Positions 12,064 to 23,592 are shown, numbered from the stretch's first letter. The stretch: DNA of 64,000 bases from Malacoraja senta (GCA_038087875.1 JAXLNO010000709.1:248001-312000), one strand, 5' to 3'. The notes: generated from the letters alone by a model not told the origin. Numbers and translations: made by a program.

Positions 12064-12294
12064 CATGGAGTTTTCTTAACATTTTTAAGTGTTTTAATTC
12101 TTTGAAATTAGCCAATGAAGCAAGAGTTCATGTTTCATGTTTTATACGTTTATATTTTCTGGTTATCTGTACAATTATATATTCATCCAACATAGTGCTT
12201 TCAATTTGACCAAGGAGAGACGGTCTTAAATTTATGGGTAGATATTTTTTCTTTATTTCACCTTTTTCTACAATGATGCTACCAAAGAGTATGC

Positions 12295-12572
12295 CAGACC
12301 CTGGCCACACACTTATTTCACCCTGCCATCGGGAAGAAGGTTCAGGAGCCTGAAAACTGTAACATCCAGGTTCAGGAACAGCTTCTTTCCCACAGCTATT
12401 CGGCTATTAAACACTACAAGCTCAAATAAGCTCTGAACTACATAGACTATTATTGTTATTATTGCGCTATTATCGTTTGTTTTTTTGTGTGTACGTACTG
12501 ATATGCTGCTGCAAGTAAGAATTTAATTGTTCTATCTGGGACATATGACAATAAAACACTCTTGACTCTTGA
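12295..12572 (+). mobile_element. Rex1/Babar-like LINE 3' end
   Basis: LPSGRRFRSL..RFRNSFFP-like coding end and gaatt..acatatgacaataaa tail. Confidence 0.8.
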
Positions 12573-12647
12573 GAAAAGGCACACATTCCCTTGTGGTAAT
12601 CCCACACAGTATCCAACATGTTCAATGCATGTTCTATGTTTGAGATT

Positions 12648-13049
12648 AGGTCAGATCGGGGGGAGATCCCCCCGCCACGGGTACCATGTAATCCCGTGCT
12701 ACCTGCTCCAAGGTCGGATAGTCGCCGACTAAACCGTCTCCTCCACCTGGTTTGCCAGGTGAGGAGGGGGCTGTGGACCCCCAGCAGGACCAAAAACAAG
12801 ACCTGTCAAAGGACGGATGAGCTTCTAGCGAGCCAACAGCCATCCACACTTCAGTAGAAGTTGTGATCACTGTCGTACAGTGCATTGTAAGGAATGATGA
12901 TAAAGCATAAACACCAAAATCCTATACTTCCAGTGGCGGAAGTCCGCAGGAACTGGAGGACAGAGATGTGTGGTGCGTCCGTCACCGTTCCCATTGGAAA
13001 CCAGCACCACTGCATCGCTAATGTTTTCAACGATGATGAATGATGAATG
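12648..13049 (+). mobile_element. Non-autonomous retroposon, RTE-like, highly structured
   Basis: 12-bp TSD atgtttgagatt at 12636-12647 and 13050-13061; (tgatgaa)n tail; ELEDRDVW resembles the RTE ORF C-terminus; multiple hairpins in the 5' half. Confidence 0.7.
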
Positions 13050-13136
13050 ATGTTTGAGATTGGTTTTCCCTTTCATTTAACATCCCTCCCCTTTAATATA
13101 CAGATATTCATCTAATTTGTCTCCTGATCTTCTTAG

Positions 13137-13272
13137 ATCCATCCGAAGGTGATCCCATTGACAGCGGTCTGCATGACATGGTTGACATAGCACCAAGTCG
13201 AAAGCGACGGTATCGAAATCCAAAGCAGAAGGTTGAAGTGGCAGAACCCCCAAAAGTTTTGGAGGATAAGAG
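13137..13272 (+). CDS. Candidate internal coding exon of an unidentified host gene (xPSEGDPIDSGLHDMVDIAPSRKRRYRNPKQKVEVAEPPKVLEDK)
   Basis: Branch-point-like ctaat, pyrimidine tract and ttag acceptor; AG|gtgaga donor; 136 nt open in phase 1 to 2; non-repetitive and CpG-containing; basic NLS-like RKRR. Confidence 0.6.
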
Positions 13273-13715
13273 GTGAGACCTTTTCTGCAGTCACAATTGG
13301 GAAGAAATTCATCCATGGCTGTGTGCAACGGTTTATATGCATTGCACTCCACTTTGGAAGTTCAGTAACTTGAACTTCAATGGAAACTATTTTCTGAGTG
13401 GAAGTTCAACATACAGATACATCATCATCACACACGTGCCATGGATGAATTTTCTAATTGCCAATGGATATCGCACAATGTATGCATGTGGTGTTTATTG
13501 TTATAAGAACTGAAATTTCAAAATGAAGTCATGAGCTGAAAGCCATATAACAACAACTCCTTTAGGGGAAACAATCAGAGTAATTTCATTGAGAGTAAGC
13601 ATTCGTATGCAGATATTACACTATTATACAACTCTTTCAGTAATTAACTATTTGCATTGGTGAGTTGGAACCAAAATTGTGGTCATTGGATAATTGAGTT
13701 ATTTGTTTATAAGCT

Positions 13716-13716
13716 T

Positions 13717-13748
<32 letters not shown>
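13716..13748. repeat. (TA)n microsatellite
   Basis: Direct observation. Confidence 0.9.
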
Positions 13749-14317
13749 GATTTAAATTATCTATTCAGTAATTTCTTGCGGTAATTGATCTATTAGATCT
13801 CCTGCAGAAGTTTTGGCATCTCTGTGGTAATCTGAGTTCATGTTCTGACAGACAAATGTTTTGAATTTCACTTGGGAAATGGACCCTAAATGATTCTAAT
13901 GTTCTTGCAACTGGTTTATCAGAGTGATTCTGAAGAGTCACAGTTTCCCTCAGTTTAACATATGTTAACTATACTTTTATTCTATTTATCCATAAAATTT
14001 CAGGCATACAAATTATATTCTTACAATTCTGTGAGATTTACTCATCATTCTTGTCTTTAGAGTCCTATTAAGGCTTTGGGCAGTAACATTTGATTTTAAA
14101 GTGCCCAATTCTTTGGTGGTGTGAGTACCAAATCAGCTTTAAGAAGCTGCTTGTAGCCTTTCATACCAGGTGCCAGTTGAGTGAAAGCATTGTTGTGTAC
14201 TCATTTCAGATTTGTATTTTTTGCCATGTAAGTGCAAAAACAACCAATTAGTGTGGAATACATTCCCACAAACAACATTGTCATAATGTTCAGATCTGCT
14301 ATTTAATAATGTGAATG

Positions 14318-14905
14318 AATGTTGGCCTTCATAGCGAGAGGATTTGAGTATAGGAGCAAGGAGGCCCTACTGCAGTTGTACAGGGCCTTGGTGATGCTGC
14401 ACCTGGAGTATTGTGTGCAGTTTTGCCCTCCTACTTTGAAGATGGACATTATTGCTATTGAGGGAGTGCAGCACAGGTTCACCAGGTTAATTCCCGGGAT
14501 GGCGGGACTGACATATGATGAAAGAATGGGTCAAATGGGCTTACATTCACTGGAATTTAGAAGAATGAGAGGGAATCTTATAGATCTTATAGGAAAAATG
14601 TTCCTGATGTTGGGGGTGTCCAGAACCAGGGGTCAGGGTTCAAGAATAAGGCCATTTAGGACTGAGATGACAAAAAACTTTTTCACCCAGAGAGTTGTAA
14701 ATGTATGGAAGTGGAAGCCAATTTTTTCAAGAGAGAGTCAGATATAACTCTTAGGGCTGAAGGAATCAAGGGATATGGGGGAAAAGCAGGAACAGGGTAC
14801 TGATTTTGGATGATCAGCCATGATCATATTGAATGCCGATGCTGGCTCGAAGGGCCAAATAGCCTACTCCTGCACCTATTTTTTATGTTCCTATGTTCTA
14901 TGTTT
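14318..14905 (+). mobile_element. CR1 LINE 3' fragment
   Basis: ORF 14319-14747 [29 protein letters not shown]1 3'UTR and ttctatg tail. Confidence 0.9.
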
Positions 14906-15454
14906 CTAATGTGGATTGATTAAGAAACACTGCCATTGGCATTTTCCACTTTTTCAAAATGGTGCCATTGAACGTTTTATGTCTAATCCTGAGGCCAAAA
15001 AGAGTCTTGATTTTGTCTCACCTAAACATTCAATGGTGCAGGAAATTTGTTTCCAGTGTCCAGGTAGTTTCCATAAAGGTATTAATGGAGTTACTACTAA
15101 AGTGCAGGCGTTGATTTTGTCTTTGAAGTGGTAATTGATGCTACAGTCCTTTGACTCACATGATAATGTTACTATCTGAGCCACAGCCAAGTGTAATTTG
15201 AGCCTAACTGGCAGAGGTCTACACTTCTATTGCACCATCCAGATGGAAAAGATCAGCTCTATATAAAGCCTTTTGCATATTTGGTCCTGGATTCCTCTCT
15301 GTCCCTCAAGCTTGCTGTCAGACCTACCAAAGCGCAAAGTATTTCATTTTGTATAGCCATCAGCTGCCTCGTGAAATCCTTATGTGTTTCCTCACATTGT
15401 GCAGCTCCACTGTCCAAAATTTGCACAACACTAAGCTTCCTGGCTACGTTCAAG

Positions 15455-15634
15455 ATTCAAGTTTCAAGACATTGTCATGTGTCCCAGATAGGACAATGAA
15501 ATTCTTGCTTTGCTTCAGCACAACAGAAAAAAAAGTAGGCATAAATAAATACAGAACAGAACTGATCAGTGTGACCATATACCAATGAATATATATATAC
15601 ACACATAAATAAACAGATAAAGTGCAATGGGATA
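15455..15634 (-). mobile_element. Rex1-like 3' tail (distal half of the DIRS target site)
   Basis: Homologous to the Rex1 tail at 57366-57565; abuts the DIRS left terminus. Confidence 0.8.
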
Positions 15635-15698
15635 TTTTACTTCGGAGTCACGTGAGTGACTACGTGAAGAGCCCGCCAGGGCGCATGCGCGACATATC
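15635..15698 (+). mobile_element. DIRS left terminus (left ITR), detached
   Basis: ttttacttcggagtcacgtgagtgactacgtgaaga matches the ICR half 18799-18834; acgtgaagagcccgccagggcgcatgcgcgacatatc matches the right ITR to 18619. Confidence 0.85.
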
Positions 15699-15817
15699 GC
15701 TAGTTGTCTAAGGCAGCAACTTGGTGGCTATAGGTATGTATCTATTTCAGAATACAAATACGCTGCTGGATTTGCAGAAGTACTAATTGGAGTCAAGAAT
15801 TTAGAAGTGTTCACAAA

Positions 15818-15915
15818 CTGAAGAAGGGTCACGACCTGAAACGTCACCCATTCCTTCTCTCCAGAGATGCTGCCTGTCCCGCTGAGTTACTCCAGCTTTC
15901 TGTGTCAACCTATCT
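15818..15915 (+). mobile_element. Penelope-derived short repeat starting at hammerhead motif
   Basis: ctgaagaagggtcacgacctgaaacgtc followed by the conserved 3' repeat. Confidence 0.75.
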
Positions 15916-17932
15916 TCATCGATGGGTTACTGGGAGAGAGTCAACAATCTCAAGTTCCAAGGCACGCATATCTCTGAAGATCTGCCCTGCACCCAGTATT
16001 TTTATGGCAAGCATAAAGAAAGTCCTTCAACGCCTTTTGGTATGTTTTCTCATTCTAATCTTTGTAATTTTTTTTAATGATGAAGGCAGGTGGAACAAAA
16101 CAATAGTGAACAATGCACACAGATTTTGCTGGGTTGATAATTTTAACATACACTATACTTGAATATTGTTTACAAATATAATATGAAGCAAAAATTAAAT
16201 TTCACAATGCAATCTCAGACTTCCTTTGGTTTATTTTCTTTGGATCAGAATCCTTTTTATTCACTAAAGAATGGAAAGCTTGGTAGGATAATTGAGGTTT
16301 GTCATCATGTTACTTTTACAAATCTACATAAAATATACAGTATTTGTCTCTTTGTCTGAATATTTCATGCCACAATGGAGACTACCATTTAGTAATTCTT
16401 ATCATGGGCATTTTGGTGATATTCTGGAGGAAGAATCTGCCTGAAATGTGGACATGGGTTATAACATTATTGATAAATATAATGGCCAGGGATAGAATAC
16501 AGTTTTCTGTTTATTTAATGGGATACTTTGTAACTTTGTTGGCGCCCTTTACGTGGCGACTCTTTGCATACCTTGAGAATGCAAAACAAAGAATATCACT
16601 GTGACTTCTCACATATGACAATATAATTTGTTCATTCAAATAACAAAGGTGCATTTCAGGGAATGTCTGTTGCAGGCAAAGTACCACTGGTGTAATAGCA
16701 AGAGGTGGAGGGTCCAGGAGACTCTCAGACAAACACTCTGATAAGAGTGATAGGAGATGGCAGTGGCACAAGTCAAATGCTAATACACAAAGACACTGGG
16801 AAACAGGAGCACGAGTAGCAGACTTGGCCGCTCAAATCTACTCTGTCTTTCAAAATGATCATCGCTGATCTGCTCCAGCTCATAACTCCCCTTTTTGAGC
16901 TAGTTACCCTTGGTCTTGAATTCCTTGATCTTTCAAAAAAATGATCTCCTCTTTAAATACCAATAAGTGCAATAACCTCACCAAGCATGGCAAAAATTGA
17001 TGACTTGCATATCCCACCAAATATATCACCAACTTACTGGAACATACAATGTCACTTTCCTACTGACAACGTCTGATCAAGCAGAATGTGTACCTAATGG
17101 TTGTAGGCTTAGCTCATTTCACACAGCTGTGAGCCTCACAAACATCTCAAATACTGTACTAAAAACACCACATGCATACATTGTGCGATATCCATTGGCA
17201 AGCGACAAAAACCCTTGCCATAGAAGGTGACAAATAATCATGGGAAGCAGCAGAAGATCTGTGTGGGACAGACATGACTACATGGCCATCCCTGCATGGG
17301 GGAAGAAAGATTCACCATAACTGGAACGATGAATTAGTTTAGTTTAGCTTCGTTCATTATCACGTGTACCGAGGTACAGTGAAAAGCTTTCATTGTGTGT
17401 TAACCATTCAGTGGAAAGAGAATACATGATCACAATTGAGCCATTCTCAGTGCACAGGAACATGATAAAGGGAATAACGTGGATAACGTTAAGTTCATAA
17501 TAAAGTTCAGTAAAGTCCTATCAAAGATAATCCGAGGGTCTCCAATGAGTAGCTTAGGACTGCTCTCTAGTTGTTGGTAGGATGGTTCAGTTGCCTGATT
17601 ATTAAGGTTATTATTATTAAGATTAAGATGAATAATAATTAAGATTATTATGGTTATCAAGTGTTACCAATACAGTGAAATGACAGAAGATAACGGCGTC
17701 CTCAAACCTGTTTTTGCCTCATCCCTTAATCTGTTTATTTACAATCTACCAATGGTACAAGAATGCATCAATTCATTTTCCCACTCCCTTTTGCCTTTAC
17801 CCCGAGTCAACCTTATTCCTTCCAAATAGACAGGAATTGTAATGGTGAAAATGAAGGAAGAATCATCATCGCCCAACTTAACACCAGGACTCACCAGCTC
17901 AATAACCAGACAACTTGAGGAGATGCTGAGAA

Positions 17933-18510
17933 CAATGGAACTGATTGTGGACTTTGGAAGGGGTAGGACCCATAGTCCTGTTTATATCAACGGGTCGATG
18001 GTGGAGAGGGTCAAGAGTTTCAAATTCCTGGGCGTGCATATCTCTGAAGATCTCTCCTGGTCCGAGAACATGGATGCAATTATAAAGAAAGCACATCAGC
18101 GCCTCTACTTCCCGAGAAGATTACAGAGAGTCGGTATGTCAAGGAGGACTCTCTTGAACTTATACAGGTGCACAGTGGAGAGCATGCCCCGGTTGCATCG
18201 TGGCTTGGTTCGGCAACTTGAGCATTGAGCGCCCAGGAGCAGAAAAGACTGCAAAAAGTTGTAAGCACTGCCCAGTCCATCATCGGCTCTGACCTCCCTA
18301 CCATCGAGGGGATCTATCGCAGTCGCTGCCTTAAAAAGGCTGCCAGCATCATCAAGGACCCACACCATCCTGGCCACTCACTCATCTCCCTGCTGCCTTC
18401 AGGTAGAAGGTACAGGAGCCTGAAATCTGCAACATCCAGGTTCAGGAATACCTACTTCCCCACAGCCATCAGGCTATTAAACTCAACTCAAACAAAACTC
18501 TGATCATTAA
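17933..18510 (+). mobile_element. Rex1/Babar-like LINE 3' part, tail interrupted by DIRS
   Basis: [39 protein letters not shown] (ORFs 17842-18228 and 18225-18503). Confidence 0.9.
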
Positions 18511-18619
18511 TAGTAAGATTAAACGAGAACTTACCAGTTTGAAGTTTGATCTTTATTTTATGAGGAGTTACGTTGAGGGATTACGTGAAGAGCCCGCCAG
18601 GGCGCATGCGCGACATATC
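18511..18619 (-). repeat. DIRS right ITR with terminal extension
   Basis: 18511-18587 is the reverse complement of 18725-18798 (3-nt indel); 18583-18619 is shared with the left ITR at 15662-15698. Confidence 0.9.
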
Positions 18620-18724
18620 TTCAAAGCAGTGGTGTGAAATCACAGATACGGTAGTCGAAGTAACATAGTAAGATAAGAACAATAATACCAGCTGACCTTT
18701 ATAATAGAGGGTGGGCGTGGAGGG

Positions 18725-18834
18725 CACGTAATCCCTCAACGTAACTCATAAAATAAAGATCAAACTTCAAACTGGTAAGTTCTCGTTTAATCTTACTATT
18801 TTACTTCAGAGTCACGTGAGTGACTACGTGAAGA
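18725..18834 (-). repeat. DIRS internal complementary region (ICR)
   Basis: Joins copies of both element ends at ...cttacta|ttttacttc... (18798/18799). Confidence 0.9.
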
Positions 18835-18964
18835 TTTTAAAGCTCTGTGATTTCATGCCACGGAACTAGTCCATGCTTCACACCCTGCTGTCGTAGACTT
18901 GAGGAGGAAGTATGTTAACAAATCCAGACATGAATCAATTGTTAATTTTATAATTCGGGGCGTA

Positions 18965-19362
18965 TTATAAAACAGAACTCAAAATAGTATCTGCAAAAGT
19001 CACAGGCTTAGCAACTGGCTTATTATAAGATTCTTGGAAGGTCTTCTCCCTGGACCATCCTGCCGTACCCAAGATGTCATCCATTGGAACCTCCATGTGC
19101 CGTGCTGCCGATGTGGCTGCAGCCCTGGTGGAATGAGATTTGTAAATATCAGTATCCACCCCTGCAGCCCCTAAAACCTGTCGAAGCTACCTAGATATTG
19201 TTTGGGTCGATACCCTGTTGTGAGGTCTTTTGTGGCTCACTAAAAGTGCCAATTCTTGGCCTCTTACTTTAGCTGTTAGTTCTATGTAAAGTAACAAATG
19301 TGTCATAACGCATAAGCGAACATCTGTAGGGTATGCCCGAAACTCTAGTTTAAGGCCTGATG
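18965..19362 (-). pseudogene. DIRS tyrosine recombinase, C-terminal fragment
   Basis: RLCV..Y..T; STQTISR*; HSTRAAATS (HxxR); AGWS..TF..Y catalytic motifs; in-frame stop at 19187. Confidence 0.9.
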
Positions 19363-19815
19363 ACATAGATACATAGATACATAGAAAATAGGTGCAGGAG
19401 TAGGCCATTCGGCCCTTCGAGCCTGCACCGCCATTCAATATGATCATGGCTGATCATCCAACTCAGTATCCCGTACCTGCCTTCTCTCCATACCCCCTGA
19501 TCCCTTTAGCCACAAGGGCCACATCTAACTCCCTCTTAAATATAGCCAATGAACTGGCATCAACTACCCTCTGTGGCAGAGAGTTCCAGAGATTCACCAC
19601 TCTCTGTATGAAAAAGTTTTTCCCCATCTCGGTCTTAAAGGATTTCCCCCTTATCCTTAAGCTGTGACCCCTTGTCCTGGACTTCCCCAACATCGGGAAC
19701 AATCTTCCTGCATCTAGCCTGTCCAACCCCATAAGAATTTTGTACGTTTCTATAAGATCCCCTCTCAATCTCCTAAATTCTAGCGAGTATAAGCCAAGTC
19801 TATCCAGTCTTTCTT
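19363..19815 (-). mobile_element. Young CR1 3' fragment inside the DIRS element
   Basis: [26 protein letters not shown]; (atctatgt)n tail. Confidence 0.92.
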
Positions 19816-20977
19816 CATCGCAGTTCCAAAATAGCTTTTGTTGGTAATTGCATTGGTCTATCGAAATGACCAGCATGATGTTTAAGTGCTCGCACCTTTG
19901 CTCTCTGTAAATTTTGATAGTGCAAAGGTCCAAAGTGTGTCGCTGGAAAAGCAGCTACGATTTTGCCAATTACCCTTGCTACTAGTCTGATAGATGGTTG
20001 ACTGATGACAGCAAGGTTGCTGCAAACTTCCATTAATTCAGTTGCCTTTCCCCTAGGTAAAGTCACAGTTATGTGAACTGAATTAATGGTAAATCCCAAA
20101 TAATCCATAGTCGTGGATGGTGTAACTTTGATTTATCTGGATGTATGATAAACCCCAGTTTCTCAAATAGACCTATGGTAGCTGTAACAGCTAAATTGGC
20201 TAATTCGTAGGTTTTACCCATGATCAGTATGTCATCTAAATACGGCATGACTATATGTTTTTGTTTCCGAAGAACCGCCATAGCTGGTTTCAGTAATTTA
20301 GTGCATAATCTGGGGGCTGAGGTCAACCCATTAGGTAGTGCTTTGCACTGCCAAAGCTGCCCCATCCAGTTAAACTTCAGATATCGGCGGTGATCCTTGT
20401 GTATAGGCACCGAATAGTATGCATCTTTTAAATCGATGCATGCCATGAAGTAGCCTTCGGAAATCAATTGTTTGGCCGTGACAAAGGTTTCCATTTTGAA
20501 GTGAGTATACTGCACAAATGTGTTCAATTGTCTTAAATCAATAATGATGCGACATCCACCATTTTCTTTCTTTTTTGTGAAAATGTTTGACACAAATTCT
20601 TGAGACTCATGTTGAGATCTCTCAATTACACCCTTAGTATAAAGCCTTTTAATTTCAGCATGACCATCCAACTTCTCTTGTTGTGATAGAATAAATGATC
20701 TGATGGGCGCATGCTGAACCGGAGGAAGGCATTTGCTTTCTAATTCAATTTCATACCCTTGAACACTATGCAGTATATAAGAATCAGAGGTTATTGATCT
20801 CCATGCCTCACTAAACCAGTGTAACCTACCACCAACAAGTGTACCCATTGCACCCGCTAAGTCCTGCGAGGAACCAGACCCACCTACCTCCATGGTTACC
20901 AGTGGGGTGTTCATTTCTTTTTCTTCTACTTCTTGGCCGATTGAGGTGCTGGTATTCGGGGTTGGCGCATCTTCCAC
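19816..20977 (-). pseudogene. DIRS reverse transcriptase (frameshifted, RNase H missing)
   Basis: RIIIDLRQLN..HFKMET..IDLKDAYY..LPNGLTSAPR..YLDDIL; continues in another frame as YLGFTINS (19815-20108). Confidence 0.92.
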
Positions 20978-20999
20978 GAAGGTCGCTCTGGGCCGCGGT

Positions 21000-21815
21000 C
21001 TAAAAAAGACCTTTGTCCTTGAGCTGCGGCCTTCGAGCTTTCACCAGCTGTCGCCGAGGTATTTTCCCCGATGCCTTGATGAGCCCGGCGGCTTTTGCCT
21101 TTTCATCCAGGTCTTTAACCTGTTTGGACAGGTTGCCCCCAAATAACAAAATTGGCAGCGGTGTGGTGTTGGTCTTACACAGAGCCGCAAATTTGGGGTT
21201 CAAGGCTGGGCGGATGGAGTTCTTACGGAAACAGTTAATCTCGAACTGTGTATTGCAGAGCATCGCCAGCGTATCTTGCTGCGCCTCTGTCATTTCCGTG
21301 TCATCCACCGACCGGGCAAATGCTGTAATCCCAGTTGTTAAAAGTTTAAGGATTTTCTGCATTTGTACCTCCTGTGCCCTTATACCTGCACCAATATGTC
21401 CCCAGATGGAGGGATTCACTGCTGGGACATTCAGTGAAGTACAGTTCCCTGGTGCCAGGTATTTTGCAGTAGTTTCATTAACTGCCTGTTCTTGTAATTG
21501 ATGGGTTGATAGGTAGTCGATGCTGGCTGCTAGTTGTTGTTTCAGCGGCTGCCCTGACTGTGGAGGCACCGCAAACTTTTTCACCATGCCCAGCATCTTC
21601 TCTTCTGGCACCCCCAGCACACTTGAAGTCTCTTCAGCCAACCCTTGTTCGGAGTCAGCCCAGAAATGACTCGCAATGCTCCCCTCTGTCGAGGGAGATA
21701 CATTGTGCAGCCCTGAAAAAGGTACTGCCATGGGCTTCCTCGGAAGCTCGTAGTGACTTGACTCCTGCTCACGGAGTTTGTCACGGTGAAGCAATTGCTC
21801 CACCAGCCGCTCCAA
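21000..21815 (-). pseudogene. DIRS gag-like ORF1 (5'-truncated)
   Basis: 271-aa ORF just upstream of RT, with PGNC..LNVPAVNPSIW..LLFGGNL motifs resembling DIRS ORF1. Confidence 0.7.
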
Positions 21816-22209
21816 TATTAAAAATCGTGCAGAATCATGGTTACAAAGCTAGCTTTTTGAAAGGTTTTTGAGTAAAGGGACTGAGGTAGAAAGACATTGT
21901 GGTTTAGGGAAACAAATCTCATGCATATTTTGCCAGAAAATGTAAACTCCAGCAAATGGTTAAGCAAAGCAGGGAACGAATATTCCAGAAGTGGATGAAA
22001 GGATCACTCAAAGTAGAGCAAGACCATAAAAGAATTTGAATTCCAGGACTGGAAAGTCAGATAAAGTAAGAAATGTACGTACTTACAACTGGGTAATGTC
22101 TGCATTCCTTAGGAATGAGTTGAACCAATGATTCCTGGAGGTGAGCTCAATGTTGGATGTCCATGACTTTGTGTGAGAGAGAGCTCGGATTACAGAATTA
22201 TGAATTAAG

Positions 22210-23428
22210 GCAAGTCAAGTCAAGAGAGTTTATTGTCATGTGTCCCGGAGAGGACAATGAAATTCTTGCTTGCTGCAGCACAGAGTATTTTAAGCATAAA
22301 TACAGAACAGTTCAGTGCGTCTATATAGCATAATCCATATATATATACATAAATAAACAGATAAATTGCAATAGGCTGTTATAGGTCAGAGTTTGTTTGA
22401 TGGCGAGTTTAATAGCCTGATGTCTGTGGGAAAGTAGCTGTTCCTGAACCTGGATGTGCCAGATTTCAGGCTCCTGTACCTTCTACTTGATGGCAGCGGA
22501 CAGATGAGGGTGTGGCCAGGATGGTGTGGGTCCTTGATGATGTTGGCAGCCTTTTTGAGGCAGTGACTGCGATAGATCCCTTCGATGGTGCGGAGGTCAG
22601 AGACGATAATGGACTGGGCAGTGGTCACAACTTTCTGCATTCTTTTCCGCTCCTGGACGCTCAAGTTGCCGAACCAAGCCACGATGCGACCAGTCAGCAT
22701 GCTCTCTACTGTGCACCTATAGAAGTTCGAGAGAGCCCTCTTTGACATACCGACTCTCCATAATCTTCTCAGGAAGTAGAGGCGCTGATGTGCTTTCTTT
22801 ATAATTGCATCAGTGTGCAGGGACCAGGAAAGATCTTCGGAAATATGCACGCCCAGGAATTTGAAGTTCTTGACCCTTTCCACCATCGTCCCGTTGATAT
22901 AATCGGGATTGTGGGTCCCTAACCTACCCCTTCCAAAGTCCACAATCAGTTCCTTGGTTTTGCTGGTGTTGCGAGCCAGGTTATTGTGCTGGCACCATTT
23001 GGTCAATCGGTCGATCTCACATCTGTGAGATCTCACATACTCTGACATCAGTGATTCGTCCCACAACAGTGGTGTCGTCAGCGAACTTGATGATGGAGTT
23101 CGCACTATGTCCAGCTACACAGTCATGAGTATAGAGTGAGTACAGCAAGGGGCTGAGCACGCAGCCTTGAGGTGCTCCCGTGCTGATTGTTATCGAGGAT
23201 GACATAGTTCCACCAATACGGACAGACTGTGGTCTGTGGATGAGGAAGTCGAGGATCCAATTGCAGAGGGATGCGCAGAGACCCAGATCTGAGAGCTTGG
23301 TAACCAGCTTGGAGGGGATGATGGTGTTAAATGCCAAGCTGTAGTCAATGACTAACAGCCTGACATATGAGTTTTTGTTGTCCAAGTGGTCCAGAGGGTA
23401 GTGGAGAGCCAGTGAGATCACATCCACC
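22210..23428 (-). mobile_element. Rex1/Babar-like LINE RT 3' portion
   Basis: [45 protein letters not shown]; 3' tail ending (cttga)n. Confidence 0.92.
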
Positions 23429-23592
23429 GTTAGAGATACATGCTGTATCTCTAAAGTCTAAAGTAAAGTCTAAAGTCAAGTCAAGAGAGTTTATTGTCAT
23501 GTGTCCCAGATAGAACAATGAAATTCTTGCTTGCTGCAGCACAACAGAATATTGTAAGCATAAATACAGAACAGTTCAGTGTTTCTGTATAG

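Larger units (their letters stand above)
18511..21815 (-). mobile_element. DIRS1-type tyrosine-recombinase retrotransposon (disrupted)
   Basis: Order on -: gag-like ORF, RT, tyrosine recombinase, ICR, right ITR. Confidence 0.93.

Noticed and set aside
12648..12745. Complete HDV-like ribozyme
   Set aside because: Only a P4/J4-2-like module fits; P1 is imperfect and P2 could not be paired, so it is not called as a feature.
19463..19933. 156-aa ORF, and the 19187-19447 ORF
   Set aside because: Artefacts spanning the CR1/DIRS junctions.
21013..21871. Plus-strand ORFs opposite DIRS gag
   Set aside because: Antisense shadows of the gag-like ORF.
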